From positions 1 to 64,000 of the forward strand of contig JABLTG010000003.1 in the NCBI GenBank assembly GCA_016618085.1: 64,000 nt of DNA, in the 5' to 3' direction. A program made the position numbers and the translations under genes. Numbering within the stretch: position 1 is the stretch's first letter; the number at the start of each line of letters is the position of its first letter. Of the stretch, positions 49,311 to 61,841 are shown piece after piece. Under the pieces are notes generated by a model, which did not search any database, was not told the DNA's origin, and saw only the letters and a list, made by a program, of their open reading frames with translations. The stretch is from Neovahlkampfia damariscottae (taxonomy: Eukaryota).

Positions 49311-52300
49311 TTATTTTTTCATTTTGTATCCGACAATAAACGAAATTGACATCAATCCAACATAAACAAGTGAATTTTTAAAAATATTGGAAATTGAAGT
49401 TTCACCTTGAACTTTTGGTTCTTCAACAGTTTTGATTTCAACTTTTTCTTTTCTTTTCATTTCCTCTTCTTTTTCCATTTCTTCTTTTTTTAATTTTTTC
49501 TCCATAGAGTCTTTTTCTTCAACTTCTTTTTTCAATTTTTCTTTTTCTTGGAGTTGTTTTTGTTCCTTTTTTAAATCTTCAATGCTTCTTCCTTTTGGCA
49601 TTTCCATTTTTCCTGATAATGCTTTTTCAATTGTCCATTTACTTTTATCATTCTTTTTGAATTTTGGATGTTTTCCATCTCCTTCTGTTTGCATATCTTT
49701 TTGGAGTAAAGGTTTCATTGCAGTAATCAAACTTGAATACAAATCTGGAAATAAATTTTCTTGAGATGCTAACAAAGTTTTAATTCTTTGTCTTGATTTT
49801 GGCATTTCAAAACAAGCAGGACAATTTTCATCAATAACTGGTAATCTATTATCCCAAGCAAATTTTTTACATGATCTTTCACGAACATAAATCATTGGTC
49901 TTATAATTCTAATATCTCCTTCGTCATTGAGATAATTTGCTTTTTGTGTTCTCATTAACCCATTATGAAATATTGACATAATAAAACTTTCTGCAAGATC
50001 ATCAAGATGTTGTCCCAATACTAAAACATTGTATCCTTCACGTCTACATGTATTGTACATTATTCCTCTTTTCATTCTTGAGCACCATGAACAAATGGAT
50101 GTTGCTTCACATTCTTTAGCAGATTGAATGATATTATCTTCTTCATAAAAATAAGGGACTCCCAATTCTTGGAGATATTTCTTCAATGGTTTAGGATCAA
50201 ATTCTTCGGTTTGTGGATCTACTGTCATTGCACCAATTTCAAATTTGATGTGTAATTTTTTTTGAAGTGCATGTAAAGCGTGTAATAATGTTAATGAATC
50301 TTTTCCACCACTTAATCCTAATAAAATTCTATCACCATCTTGAATCATTTTATATTCAAAAATAGCTTTTTTAATTAATAATAAAAGTTCTTTTTCTGGT
50401 ACTTTTGGCCACAATTCTGCTGCTTTTTTCTTTGTTGATTGTTCAGATGGTTCTGATTCAATATCAACAAAATCACCCAATAACATTAACTCATTTTCTT
50501 CTTCTTCTTCTTCTGGTTTTTCTGTAATTTCTTCAATTTTTGGTTCTTCCATTTTTTCAGTTTCTTTTTTGATCAATTTTTCTTTTTTTGATTTTGATAC
50601 ATAAACTTTTGGCATAAAAGGACCATGTGGAGGAATTTGAACTTTATCTCCTCTTAATTCACTCAATGCTTCATTTGGATATAAAAACCATCTTAATTTT
50701 TCAGCACATTCATTTTTGAATAATAATTGTTGAGTTGCAACACCAAATGATGGCTTTTTAAATTCTTCAACTGCTTCATTCACAATTTCATATGCTTCTT
50801 TCATATATTTTCTTAATTCTTTATTTGAAACAACTTGACCAACAGGTGTTCTATATTCCATTGAACCATTTTGATAACTAATATCACCTAACCATCTTCT
50901 TGATAAAAATTTTTTGTTGTTATGATGAATCCATTCACCTGTCTCAGGATGAAATGTATAATGTGGAAGCAATTTCCAACCATAATTTGCAATAAAATGA
51001 ATTGCTTCAATTACAAAATCAAATGAAATTTCATCCATAAAATATGCAAAATTTAATCGAACAAATCCAGGACGAAGATATTCATGAACATCATCCACCA
51101 ATAATTCAGATTCAATACTTTTAGCTAATTCATAATCAATATCTAATAAAGAAAGAGCATAAGGACCAGCACAAGCACATCCAGATCTTGATTGAATTCC
51201 AAATAAATCATTCAATAAGACACCAACAAAATTGTGGTGAAGAAGAAGACCTTTATATTTAATCATAAATGAACAAATGGAGAGTCTTTTTGCATCAGTA
51301 TTACCTAAAATTAAAATGTTTTCATTTGTTTTTAATGATTTAAATGCTTTTTGAATTAATTCACATTCTAATTTTTCAATAGTTGAAGCTCCAATTGCAT
51401 TTTTCAATTGAAACACAAGACCAGCACGAATACTTCCAATAATAGATGGAGTACCACCTTCTTCTCTCTCATAAGCTTTTTTTAAATAACGATGATCTTT
51501 TTCAGTAACAAAAAAAACAGTTCCTCCACCTGGGTATTCTGGAACATTATTAACAAACATATGTTTTTTTGCAACTAAAAGTCCTGGAGAGCCTGGACCA
51601 CCAACAAATTTATGAGGTGATAAAATTATTGCATCTTTGTAAACTAAACCTCTGTTATCTCCTTCTACAACTGGATTCATATCAATTGGGATATAAGGAG
51701 CAGCAGCTGCGTAATCAATGACAGAATATCCATCATGTTGATGCATAATAGAACAAATAGAATCTACATCAACCATAATACCTGTTACATTTGAAGCAGC
51801 TGCAAAAGCACCAATTTTAAGTCTACTGTCTTTGTATTTTTGCAATTCTTTTTTTAATTGATCAATATCAGGTAAACCTTCTTTGTTCAAATTAATGTTG
51901 ACAATAGTTGCTTCTGATTCTCTCCATGGAAGTATGTTGCTGTGATGATTAAATGGACCAACAAAAACAACAGGTTTTCTTTCATCATCTTTTTTGATGG
52001 CTAACATATGAACAAGTTTATTTAAACCTGCAGTTGCTCCTGAACCTGCAAATATGACAACATCTTTTTTTCCACAATTCAAAGAATTAGAGATGATTTG
52101 ACGAGATTCATAACGAAATAGAGTTGTTTGTAAACCAGTAATAGAATTTGTTGTGTGAGTATTTGCATAAAGTGGCATTACTTCTTTTCTAAAACAATTT
52201 TAAAAAAAAAACAAGTCACTACGTAATGTAATCTTCAATGAATTTCAAGGATCTTCCGGAAGCAATATAATCACAGTATGTGATTTTTCTGTATCCATAA

Positions 52301-52491
52301 GGTCCAGGAAAAATTTCATTATCACCAATGACATTATTTCTGACGTAATCAAGCAAATCTTTTGAATTTTCAACAGCATCTACTTTTGTATCTTTTTTTG
52401 CGATGTTTTCCCATTGAATACTTATTTTTCTGTTTCTGGTTGCTGTATTTTCTTTCTTTATTTTTTCCACTTTTTTGTTTCCTTCTGACAT
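49311..52491 (-). CDS. Fusion of class V PLP (cysteine desulfurase-like) domain and TtcA-type tRNA thiolation ATPase, with C-terminal TM
   Basis: DYIASGR, YANTHT, HHSNILPW, SPHKFVGGPG, RSGCACAGPY; then LGLSGGKDS, CSWCSRMKRG, GQHLDDLAES, IIRPM, NCPAC; tail LVYVGLMSISFIVGY. Confidence 0.9.
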
Positions 52492-52701
52492 TAGTGTTCA
52501 ATTTTTTTTTGTTGGAAATGGAAAGTTGTTCAACCAATGAAATCTCTTTCAATTTTTAAATTCTAAAAAAATGTCAGAATTCTTTTCAATGTAATGAAAT
52601 TTTCTTCTTTTTTGTCAAACTGATTTGACAAATAGGAGGACAATTGACTAATCCAGAACAAAAATCCCATTCGCAGAAGTATTTAGAAAGAGAAGGAAAT
52701 T

Positions 52702-54423
52702 TTATTCAAAATCATTTGATATTTCAAAAGATTTGTAAATTCTTTCAATTGTTACCATTTCACCATGGTCCAACATTTCTCTGTTCGAATCAGGAGTTGG
52801 TGATGAAATTACAATTGGAAATTCAATTTTAGGTCCTTGATCTGTATGACCAAGTTTTGCTTGAATTTTAAGCTTATAAGAAACAGAAAAATCACTTTTT
52901 TGATTTTCAGTTGCAACTAAATCTGAAGGAATATAAAGGAAAAATGTGGTTTCCATTTTTGATTTTTGTTGAACTTTAAAACTGATTAATTGTCTTTCTT
53001 TGATATTCAATCTTCTTTCACAATCCATCAATTTCAATCCATTTTCTGATTTCCCTGTAAAATGCAAATCTAATTTTTGAATCAAAGAAACTTCAAAAAT
53101 TGACAGAGGATATGAAGAATCATAATTATTCCAAAGTAATGAAACTTTGGAATTTTTGCCAAGACAAAAATTTGAATATGTCTTTACTTGTAGTCTAAAT
53201 TTTGCGTATAACTTATCCAAACAAAAATAATCTTTGATTTCCGAATCATGAAAAATTGGAGCTGGATAAATGATGAATGGCACTCTAATTTTTGACTGAA
53301 GTAAACCAAACATGTTCTTGATTTTAGTCTTTTCCTTTTCAAATTGTAAACCACAAAATCCACGTACTATAGTGTCATGATCTGTTGTAAAATCAAAATG
53401 AAAATTTCCATAGCATGCTGTGATTGGAATATTGTATTTAAACCTAGCAGGTGATTTACGACAATCAATGATTCTATTGCTATATTTTATGGATGAACTG
53501 CAAAAAGAAAATGATTTTGTTGATTCAATCAATCTATCATGAACCAATCGAAATTCAGGCACATATTCTGAAGAATTGTTGAATTCAATTTTACCAATTA
53601 TGGTTTCTCCAGAAAAATATCCTAATGTATGATTCAAATAAACTTTTACAATATTTTGATCAGTTGCATGAAGATAAACAAGATACATTGGTTCTTCATC
53701 GATTTCTTCTTTTTCTTCTTTTTCAATAACAAATTCAAATGATTGGGGTTTTAGGAACTTTGATGGTGAATCTTCATCATCTTCATCAACATTTACATCT
53801 TGTTTACTTTTAAAGAACTGAAATCCTTTTTTCTTTTTCTTTTTTTCTTTCTTTTCAGGTTCTTCTTCTTCTTTGTCAATTATTGGAAATTTAACTGCAT
53901 TCTCTGGAGACTCTGGTGTAATTTTGTTTAAAAATTTATGGATAGTATCAATATCGTCTTCATTATCTTCAGAAGTACTCTTTATATTCCAAAAATCACT
54001 TTTCTTTGTAAAATCCTTTGATTTTGGAAATGTATCAATTTCTGTTGCAAATTCTTGAAATTCTGATGATCTAGCCAAATTTTCATTTTGTAAAATTTTT
54101 TGAAAATAAGTGTTCAATTTTTCAACTAATTCTATCACATTATGAGGATTTTGTGGATCATATTTTACTTGCGGAAAGGACAACTTTGGAACATATTTTA
54201 TCACAACCTAAGAACTTGTTAGAAATGAAAGAAATTTACTGATTCATGAAACTTCTTGATATAGTAAACGGTTGTTGTTTTTCTATTATTGTTATTGCTT
54301 TTTCTGTAAAATGCAACATATAATTTCTGATGGTGTGAATTGTTTTTATTTTCTTACAACGTATTTTTCACCATCAGAAGTGAATTCAAGTGAATACTCT
54401 TTCACTTTTATTTCCGTAAACAT
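52702..54423 (-). CDS. Protein with PX-like N-terminus and arrestin-like C-terminus
   Basis: PKLSFP..LNTYFQKILQNENLARSSEFQEF (PX-like); YFSGETIIGKIEF, FSVSYKLKIQAK..IEFPIVI (arrestin-like). First exons read by eye. Confidence 0.55.
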
Positions 54424-54560
54424 GAGGAAAAATTGACCAATAAAACTGATGAATGGTCAAAATAGAATTGGAAACTTCTAAAATTTTTAAACAACTATTG
54501 AACAAGAATTTTTTTTTTCTGTTAATTCCTCCATTTTTTCCACCAATCAGTTTTTTTGTT

Positions 54561-55712
54561 ATGTCAAAAATTTCTCTTGGTCTTGAAGGCTCAGCAAATA
54601 AATTGGCCATTGGAGTGGTTAAAGATGATGGTACCATTCTATCAAATTTAAGAGATACCTATATCACTCCACCAGGAGAAGGTTTCAAACCAAATGAAAC
54701 TGTAAAAAAAATCATTTGTTAAAACAATTTAAAGGCACAACACCACAGAGATTTAATTTTGGACATGGTACAAAATGCATTGGATGCAGCAAAAATAAAA
54801 CCAAAAGATTTGGATTGTATATCATACACCAAAGGGTAAAACACCACTTTGAATTTTTTATTTTTTTAAAAGTCCTGGAATGGGAGGTCCTTTGAATATT
54901 GTCGCACTAGTAGCAAGGTAATATTTTTTAATATAATAAAACCTTCAGAATTTTATCTCAACTCTGGGAAAAACCTTTAATTGGAGTGAACCATTGTGTT
55001 GCTCATATTGAAATGGGCAGAGTTGTTACCAAAGCAGAAGATCCAGTGGTTTTATATGTATCAGGTGGTAATACACAAGTAATAGCATATTCATTGAATA
55101 CGTAACAAGAAACTGTATTTTTTTGACTTGTGAATTAGGTATCGAATTTTTGGAGAAACAATCGACATTGCTGTGGGTAATTGTTTAGATAGATTTGCAA
55201 GATTGATCAATTTATCTAATGACCCATCACCAGGTTATAACATTGAACAAATGGCAAAAAAAGGAAAAAAATTTATTGAATTACCTTATGTTGTAAAAGG
55301 AATGGATGTTTCATTTTCTGGTTTACTATCATTTCTTGAACAAAAAGCATTGGTTCAATTAAAAAAAGGAGAATTTACAAAGGAAGATTTATGCTTTTCA
55401 CTTCAAGAAACCATTTTTGCCATGCTTGTTGAAATTACAGAAAGAGCAATGGCTCATTGTGGACAAAAACAAGTTTTGATAGTTGGTGGTGTTGGATGTA
55501 ATTTGAGATTACAAGAAATGATGAAACAAATGGTTGATGAAAGAGGTGGTAGTTTATGTGCAATGGATGACCGTTATTGTATTGACAATGGATGTATGAT
55601 TGCTTACACTGGACTATTACAATATAGTAAAGGTTATTCAACCAATCTAAAAGACAGTACAATCACTCAAAGATTCAGAACAGATCAAGTTCATGTGAAT
55701 TGGAGGGAATAA
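54561..55712 (+). CDS. OSGEP: tRNA t6A threonylcarbamoyltransferase Kae1/OSGEP (multi-exon)
   Basis: [55 protein letters not shown]. Confidence 0.96.
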
Positions 55713-55744
55713 AATAATTTTTTAAAAAAATGTTTTATTAAAGT

Positions 55745-57735
55745 TTAAACGTAGTTAATATTTAATTTTTTAGCTGCTCTTTCCAAGAATTTCAAAGCTT
55801 GACCAGTTGTGCAAACCGCATTTGAAAGTTCATCAAAAATGATTAATTTTTCACCAGTAATTTCAGCAACTGCTAATAAAACTGAAATTTGTAAATCGTT
55901 TAATGGAATGTCATATTTATCTTGAACAGGATTATAAAATCTTGGAAAAGTAATTGGCCAATCCATTTTGTCTTGTGGATTTTTTGGCGCCATTCTCGGT
56001 TTTTCCAAATCAAAAGCTTCATCAGGAATTGGTTGAACATATTCATCTCTGAGAGTTAATGGTTGATCAATATCCCAATTTTTTCGAATTGTTCTCATCA
56101 TTGATGTATGTGATAAAACGTCATTAATGATTGTATTTGGTTTTGTATAAGCACTTACAATGATAGTGGGAACACGCACTCCAAATCTGTAAAAATCAAA
56201 TCCAAATTGTCCAGGACCGAATTGATCTGGAGGTGTTGCTTTTGGTGGTGGAACATGATCATAAGTTCCTCCATGTTCATCAAAAGTAATCATGAAACAG
56301 GTATTTTTGTAATTGCTTCCTTTCTTTGCATTTGATCCTCTGATGGCCATATAAATGTCACTGATCAATTTTTCACCTGCCAACATTAAAGAAGGAGATA
56401 CTTTTCCAAATTTGAATTTATAAGGTGGATGCATGTCGTTATGATCCAAAAACAATCTTGGTTCAATGAATGAATAATGTGGTAAACTTCCACTTTCAAC
56501 ATCATGATAAAATTCTTTCATTGATTTGAAGTGATCTTCGTATTTTTTCAAATTTTGATAATGAATGATTAATGTTGCTGATAAAATATTATCAGTATCA
56601 TAGTATACTTTCCAATCTAAACCTGCTTCTTCTAACTGTTCAAAAACTGTTTTGGCTTTAAAATCATTAATCCACCAGTTAAAAGGGGCATTGACTTGAA
56701 TAAAAATATTAAATTTCAAAAAAAGTTACCAACTTCTCCTCCTGATGTTGCTGAGTGAAAGAATGCTCTATTTGTGAAGGTTTGACTTGGAACAGCTGAA
56801 AACCAATGATCACAAACACCAAATTCTTTGGCAAGTGTTGAAAGAACTGGTAAAGCTTCTGGTGGATAACATTCCATAATTTGTGAAAACTCTTCATATG
56901 TTGGAATTCTTTGATGTTTTTCACGATTTGAATTAGAAAAATTATCAATATAATTTTCTAAAAATCCGTCCATTGTTGGTTCTTGCTTTTTATTGTCCGG
57001 TATATTATGTGGTTCTTTCATGTCATGTACTGATCTGAATCTGTTCTCTTTTGGATTTACTGAACCATAAATTTGTTGCATAACATGTGGTAATTCTTCA
57101 CCTGGACACACAGTTGGTCCTTCCATATTATAACCTTTTGTTACAGGAACTTCTTTTGGTCCATTTTTTGTTTGTGCATATTCTGGAATTGGATTGCTTA
57201 AATTTTTTCCTTCAACACCTTCAAATGTTTTTCCTTCTGGAATTTCATCTTTCTTATATAAATACCCAAAAATATGGTCAAAAGAGCGATTTTCTTGCAT
57301 CAAAACAACATAATGTTGAATTTTTTTTTCTTTGTTTAATCTTTCTTCCAGAGTTTTGTAACTCATGTTTAAAGACTTCACACTTACTGAAATGATACCA
57401 CATGGTCCGTTATATTGACTATGGCGTAATTCAAGGTCATATTTCAATGGTTCTTCAGTTGTTACACAATTTAAAGGATAAACTGCTCTACCAATAATTT
57501 TGTCTTGACCTATTGACTGACGGTGCATACATAATATATCTAAATTGTTATTTATCGGTCTTTTTATTGTGGTGGTGAATGTTTCGTCAAAAGTAGGACT
57601 CATTGATTTTTGATTTTTCGTTTTGTGAAGAAAAATTTGTTCATTTTGAAGTTGAATGATGACATATGGATCACTTCCAAATAAATCCATTTTTCTGAGT
57701 TTCTCAGCACCATGAATTGTGATTTCAACTTCCAT
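55745..57735 (-). CDS. C2 domain + phosphoesterase-family (non-specific phospholipase C/acid phosphatase) enzyme
   Basis: C2 (AEKLRKMDLFGSDPYV..PTFDETF); VVLMQENRSFDH, CDHWFSAVPSQTFTNR, NDMHPP, ITFDEHGGTYDHVPPP, GVRVP, HTS. Confidence 0.9.
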
Positions 57736-57915
57736 GTTTTGACAGTTTTCGTTCAAGGATTTTTGACCAATGAAATTGGTGAAACGTTGCGGATTTTTTA
57801 TTCTGAAATAGTTTCCAAAGAAATTCATTAAAATGAAAAATATCACTTTTTTCTTCAATGTCCAACAACCAATAAAAAGAAACTTCAAACAACGAATCAA
57901 GTTCAACAGTGAACA

Positions 57916-59325
57916 ATGGTTCAACAAATTGTTCCACTTCCAAGTCTCGTGGTTATATCACCAATAGCTTTATTAACAGGTCTTTTTGATAAAGTCAATA
58001 CAGAAATTGAAATTCAAACACAATTAATTCAAACAAACAACATACTAACCAAAGAAAAAACTGATAATTTCATAAATGATGTACAAAAAATGACCACAAA
58101 TTTATTACCTCTTGAAACAAAAGAATCACTTCATATTAAATTTGCCATAGATTACTACGCTTTCTCAATGTACAATTACGTAATAGATAATTGTAATGAA
58201 TGCTTACAACTCAACAAATCAAATTATTTTGCTTATTACTTGTTATCCTTAACCTATGGTAAAATGTGGAATTTTAAAAAAGCAGTTGAATTTTCAAAAA
58301 AAGCAATTGAAAATTATCATCTTATGATATCTATTGAAAAGAATCCTTTGTTTGAACAAAAAATAAAAAAACTATTTGAAATGCCAGCAGAAGAAAAAAA
58401 AGAATATATAAAAAAATACCTTTCAAGTTTTTTTGAAGTATCAAATCCACAACTTGAAGATGATGAAATCTCAAACATGAAAAAATTAATATCGTTTAAT
58501 GATTTGTCTATTTTTCATATTTCGAATTTATTACATTCAGGATATTATCAAGATGCTGTGTATTTCATAAACCAAAATTTACAAAAGTCAAATCATGACA
58601 AACATTTAATTTATTTGCTTGGTGTTTCTTATTATTTTTTACATCAAATTTCAAATGCAATTATGGCTTTTGAAACATCTTTGAAAAATGATTTTTACAA
58701 AGAAAAAAATTTATTAATGTTGATTATGTGTTATAAAAGGTTACAGAATAACCAAAAAGTCAAAGAGTTCACAGAGGAATTGAAAAATGTAAATTCCAAA
58801 ATTGTTGTTCCTTTATGTCATATTTCTCTTTTACCTGATGAATTGATTCATTATATTTTTTCATTTTTGGATACAAAGACATTATTCACATTTGGAGAAA
58901 CAAGCACAATTTATTCAAAAGAAATATTTGAATCAACTTTGTTAAACAATCGCACTATTGTGATTAAACATGATATTTTAAATCCTTATAAATCATTGAG
59001 TGATTATAAATTGAATTATGTTGATTATAGACAAAATTTAATCAAAATTCTAACTTCTTCTGGAATTAAACAATGCAGGATTAAATTTGATTACCTCTAC
59101 ATAAATTGTTTTTTGAAATTTGTTTTATTGAAATTGGATAATAAAAAGACATTGAATTTGATACCAAAAGCGAATATTACAACACCTGAAGGTTCAGAAA
59201 TGGAAGATTTCATGAAATATGTAAAAAGTGACGAAATGACAAATGAAGATTTTATTGAATATTTGAAAGATGAAGAATTATTGAAATCATTCTTCCAAGA
59301 AACTCCAAATAATTTGATTCATTAA
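57916..59325 (+). CDS. TPR + F-box protein
   Basis: TPR-like helices (AYYLLSLTYGKM; IYLLGVSYY); F-box ISLLPDELIHYIFSFLD. Confidence 0.8.
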   Translation: MVQQIVPLPSLVVISPIALLTGLFDKVNTEIEIQTQLIQTNNILTKEKTDNFINDVQKMTTNLLPLETKESLHIKFAIDYYAFSMYNYVIDNCNECLQLNKSNYFAYYLLSLTYGKMWNFKKAVEFSKKAIENYHLMISIEKNPLFEQKIKKLFEMPAEEKKEYIKKYLSSFFEVSNPQLEDDEISNMKKLISFNDLSIFHISNLLHSGYYQDAVYFINQNLQKSNHDKHLIYLLGVSYYFLHQISNAIMAFETSLKNDFYKEKNLLMLIMCYKRLQNNQKVKEFTEELKNVNSKIVVPLCHISLLPDELIHYIFSFLDTKTLFTFGETSTIYSKEIFESTLLNNRTIVIKHDILNPYKSLSDYKLNYVDYRQNLIKILTSSGIKQCRIKFDYLYINCFLKFVLLKLDNKKTLNLIPKANITTPEGSEMEDFMKYVKSDEMTNEDFIEYLKDEELLKSFFQETPNNLIH

Positions 59326-59423
59326 AAATTTTAGAAAATATTTTGGAATGAATTCATTTATAAAATTGAAGAATTTTTTTTATTTCTTGTTGGAAGGTCG
59401 AAACATTTTTGATTGGATTAGAA

Positions 59424-60823
59424 ATGCAACGAATTTTTTTCACAGTTTGTTGTCTCCTCTTTATCTCTGCTTTTGCAGAATATGAAAAATTTGGAGGAAG
59501 TAAAGTGTTACAATTCAATGTTACAAATGAAGAACAACTCAAAGATCTTTTGAAATTCGAAGAAGAAAACAAAGTGGATTTTTGGTACGAAGAAATAAAA
59601 AATAATCTTTTTCAGGACTGACAATGTTGGATTAGCAGCGGTTGATGTAAGAATTCCATTACAATACAAAGAAGAATTCTACAGCAAATTTTTACAAAAA
59701 CACAATATAAAATTTAACGTTCTCATTGAAGACGTTCAAGTAAGAAAAGAAAACAAAATATTAAAAATTTTAAGGTTTTACTCGAAAGAGAAATCTCTGA
59801 AATGAAGAATAGAATTCCATATGATCCATCAAACAAACAATCAGAAGATGAATTTTTCAAAAAATTTCATACACTTGAAGAAATCAACAAATGGATTAAA
59901 AATAGAGCTCAAACATCAAATGGACTTGCTAAAGTAGTTTCACTTGGTCAATCTTATGAAAAAAGAGATATGGTAGGTTTAGTCATTACAGGAAAGAAAA
60001 CACCAACAAAAAAACCTGATATTATGTATTCAGGAGCTATTCATTCAAGAGAATGGGCTTCTGTATCAACAGTTATGTGGATTGCAAATGAATTAATTTC
60101 AAGATACAATGAACCAAAAATCAAAGCAATTGTTGATGGAATTAAATGGCACATCTTTCCAGTAATTAATCCTGATGGATACGTTTATACTCATAAAATA
60201 AATAGATTATGGAGAAAAACAAGAAAACCAAACGCAAACTCAAGTTGTTATGGATCTGATCCAAATAGAAATTTTGAATACAAATGGAATACAGGTGGAA
60301 CTTCAAGTAAACATCAATTTTTTTTTAAAATTCTTTAGATTCACCATGTTCTGACTTGTTTCATGGAGAAAAACCATTTAGTGAAGTTGAAACTGCAAAT
60401 ATCGCAAAATATGGAATGAAATTAAAAAATTTAAAAGTTTATATTGATTATCATGCTTATTCACAACTTTATATGAGACCTTATGGTTGGACAAGAAATG
60501 CACCAGCAGATGAAGCTAAATTAAAAAATATGGGAGACAAAGTTGCTGCTGAAATTTCTAAAACTCACGGAAAACGTTATACAAGTGGAAGAATTTCAAT
60601 TATTATTTATGTTGCAAGTGGTTCATCAGCTGATCATTTTTATCATCATAAAAAAGCTTATGCTTATGGAATTGAAGTAAGACCTGACAGAAGTGCAAGA
60701 AATGGATTTATTTTACCACCTGACCAAATTATTCCATGTGGTCAAGAAAACATGGCTGGAGTTATTCTTCAAGGAGAAATGATTTTAGCAGAAGAAGAAA
60801 ATAACAAATCTGAATCAAAATAA
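59424..60823 (+). CDS. Secreted M14A zinc carboxypeptidase with propeptide
   Basis: Signal peptide; IHSREW, NPDGY, LWRKTR, DPNRNF, DYHAYSQ, GSSADH, IEVR. Confidence 0.94.
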
Positions 60824-60997
60824 ATCTTTCCTTTATCTTAGTTGTTTGAAATAAATACCAAAAATCTTCTGATTAATTTAAGATTTATGCTGAATTCATT
60901 TTTATTTTATCAACGTTTTTTCCATAAAAATCATTACAAAAACCGTTTTTAATTTTTCGGTGGGTGTGATTGGATACTTGATCAAAGAAACAGATTC

Positions 60998-61783
60998 ATG
61001 AAAACTGACATAAAATCAACAAATACCAAAAGTGAAAATTCTACAACTGAAGAAGAGTTTTTCGACTTCGTCGTTTCTGGAAACGTTGAAAAAATAAAAG
61101 AATACCATCAAAATGGAGGAAATATTCATTGTGCTGATGAAATGGGTTTAACAGCTTTACAAACGGCATGTTTATATGGAAAATCAAAATTAGTTGAAGT
61201 GTTACTCTTTGAAATGGACTTTTTTAAAAATTCAAAAGACAAATTCAAAATTAATATCACATCAGATGCTTTTGGCAACGCATGCATCAGTGGGTTTGTT
61301 GACATTGTTAAAATTTTTGTTGAAAAATTAAATGTTAATCCAAATTCACTTGAAGGTTTTTTAAGAACAGATCCACCTTTAGTTTTAGCTGCTGAAAATG
61401 GTAGACTTGACGTTGTTGAATATTTATTACAAATAGGAGCAAAAGTTGATATCAGAAATGAAAAAAAGTTTTCTTATGGTAAAAACTCTGAAGCAGGACC
61501 AACTTCTTTGATGATTGCATGCAAAACAAATAATTTAGAAATGGTTAAATTGTTGTTGAAAAATGGTGCAAATCCAATTGTATTTTTTAATCCAAATGAA
61601 TCACTTTTGCAATTTGTTGTCAGAGATAAAAAGAAAGAACTTGAAAAAATTTTAAAGCAACATGGAGCAAAAGAAGAAGATACAGCCAAGATAAATGTCA
61701 ATTTAAAAAATTACGAATCCCTGGACAAATTACTTTCAAATGGACCAACGGAACATTCTTATGGTACAATTACCAAAATTTGA
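60998..61783 (+). CDS. Ankyrin-repeat protein
   Basis: GLTALQTACLYG, PPLVLAAENGRLDVVEYLL, TSLMIAC..LLKNGAN. Confidence 0.9.
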   Translation: MKTDIKSTNTKSENSTTEEEFFDFVVSGNVEKIKEYHQNGGNIHCADEMGLTALQTACLYGKSKLVEVLLFEMDFFKNSKDKFKINITSDAFGNACISGFVDIVKIFVEKLNVNPNSLEGFLRTDPPLVLAAENGRLDVVEYLLQIGAKVDIRNEKKFSYGKNSEAGPTSLMIACKTNNLEMVKLLLKNGANPIVFFNPNESLLQFVVRDKKKELEKILKQHGAKEEDTAKINVNLKNYESLDKLLSNGPTEHSYGTITKI

Positions 61784-61841
61784 ATAAATATTTCTTTGAC
61801 CAATCCTATTGTGTCATTTATAAAAATCTGATTTGTCAAAA

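Noticed and set aside
49311..55712. tRNA-modification cluster (TtcA fusion near Kae1)
   Set aside because: Separated by an unrelated gene and on opposite strands; probably coincidental.
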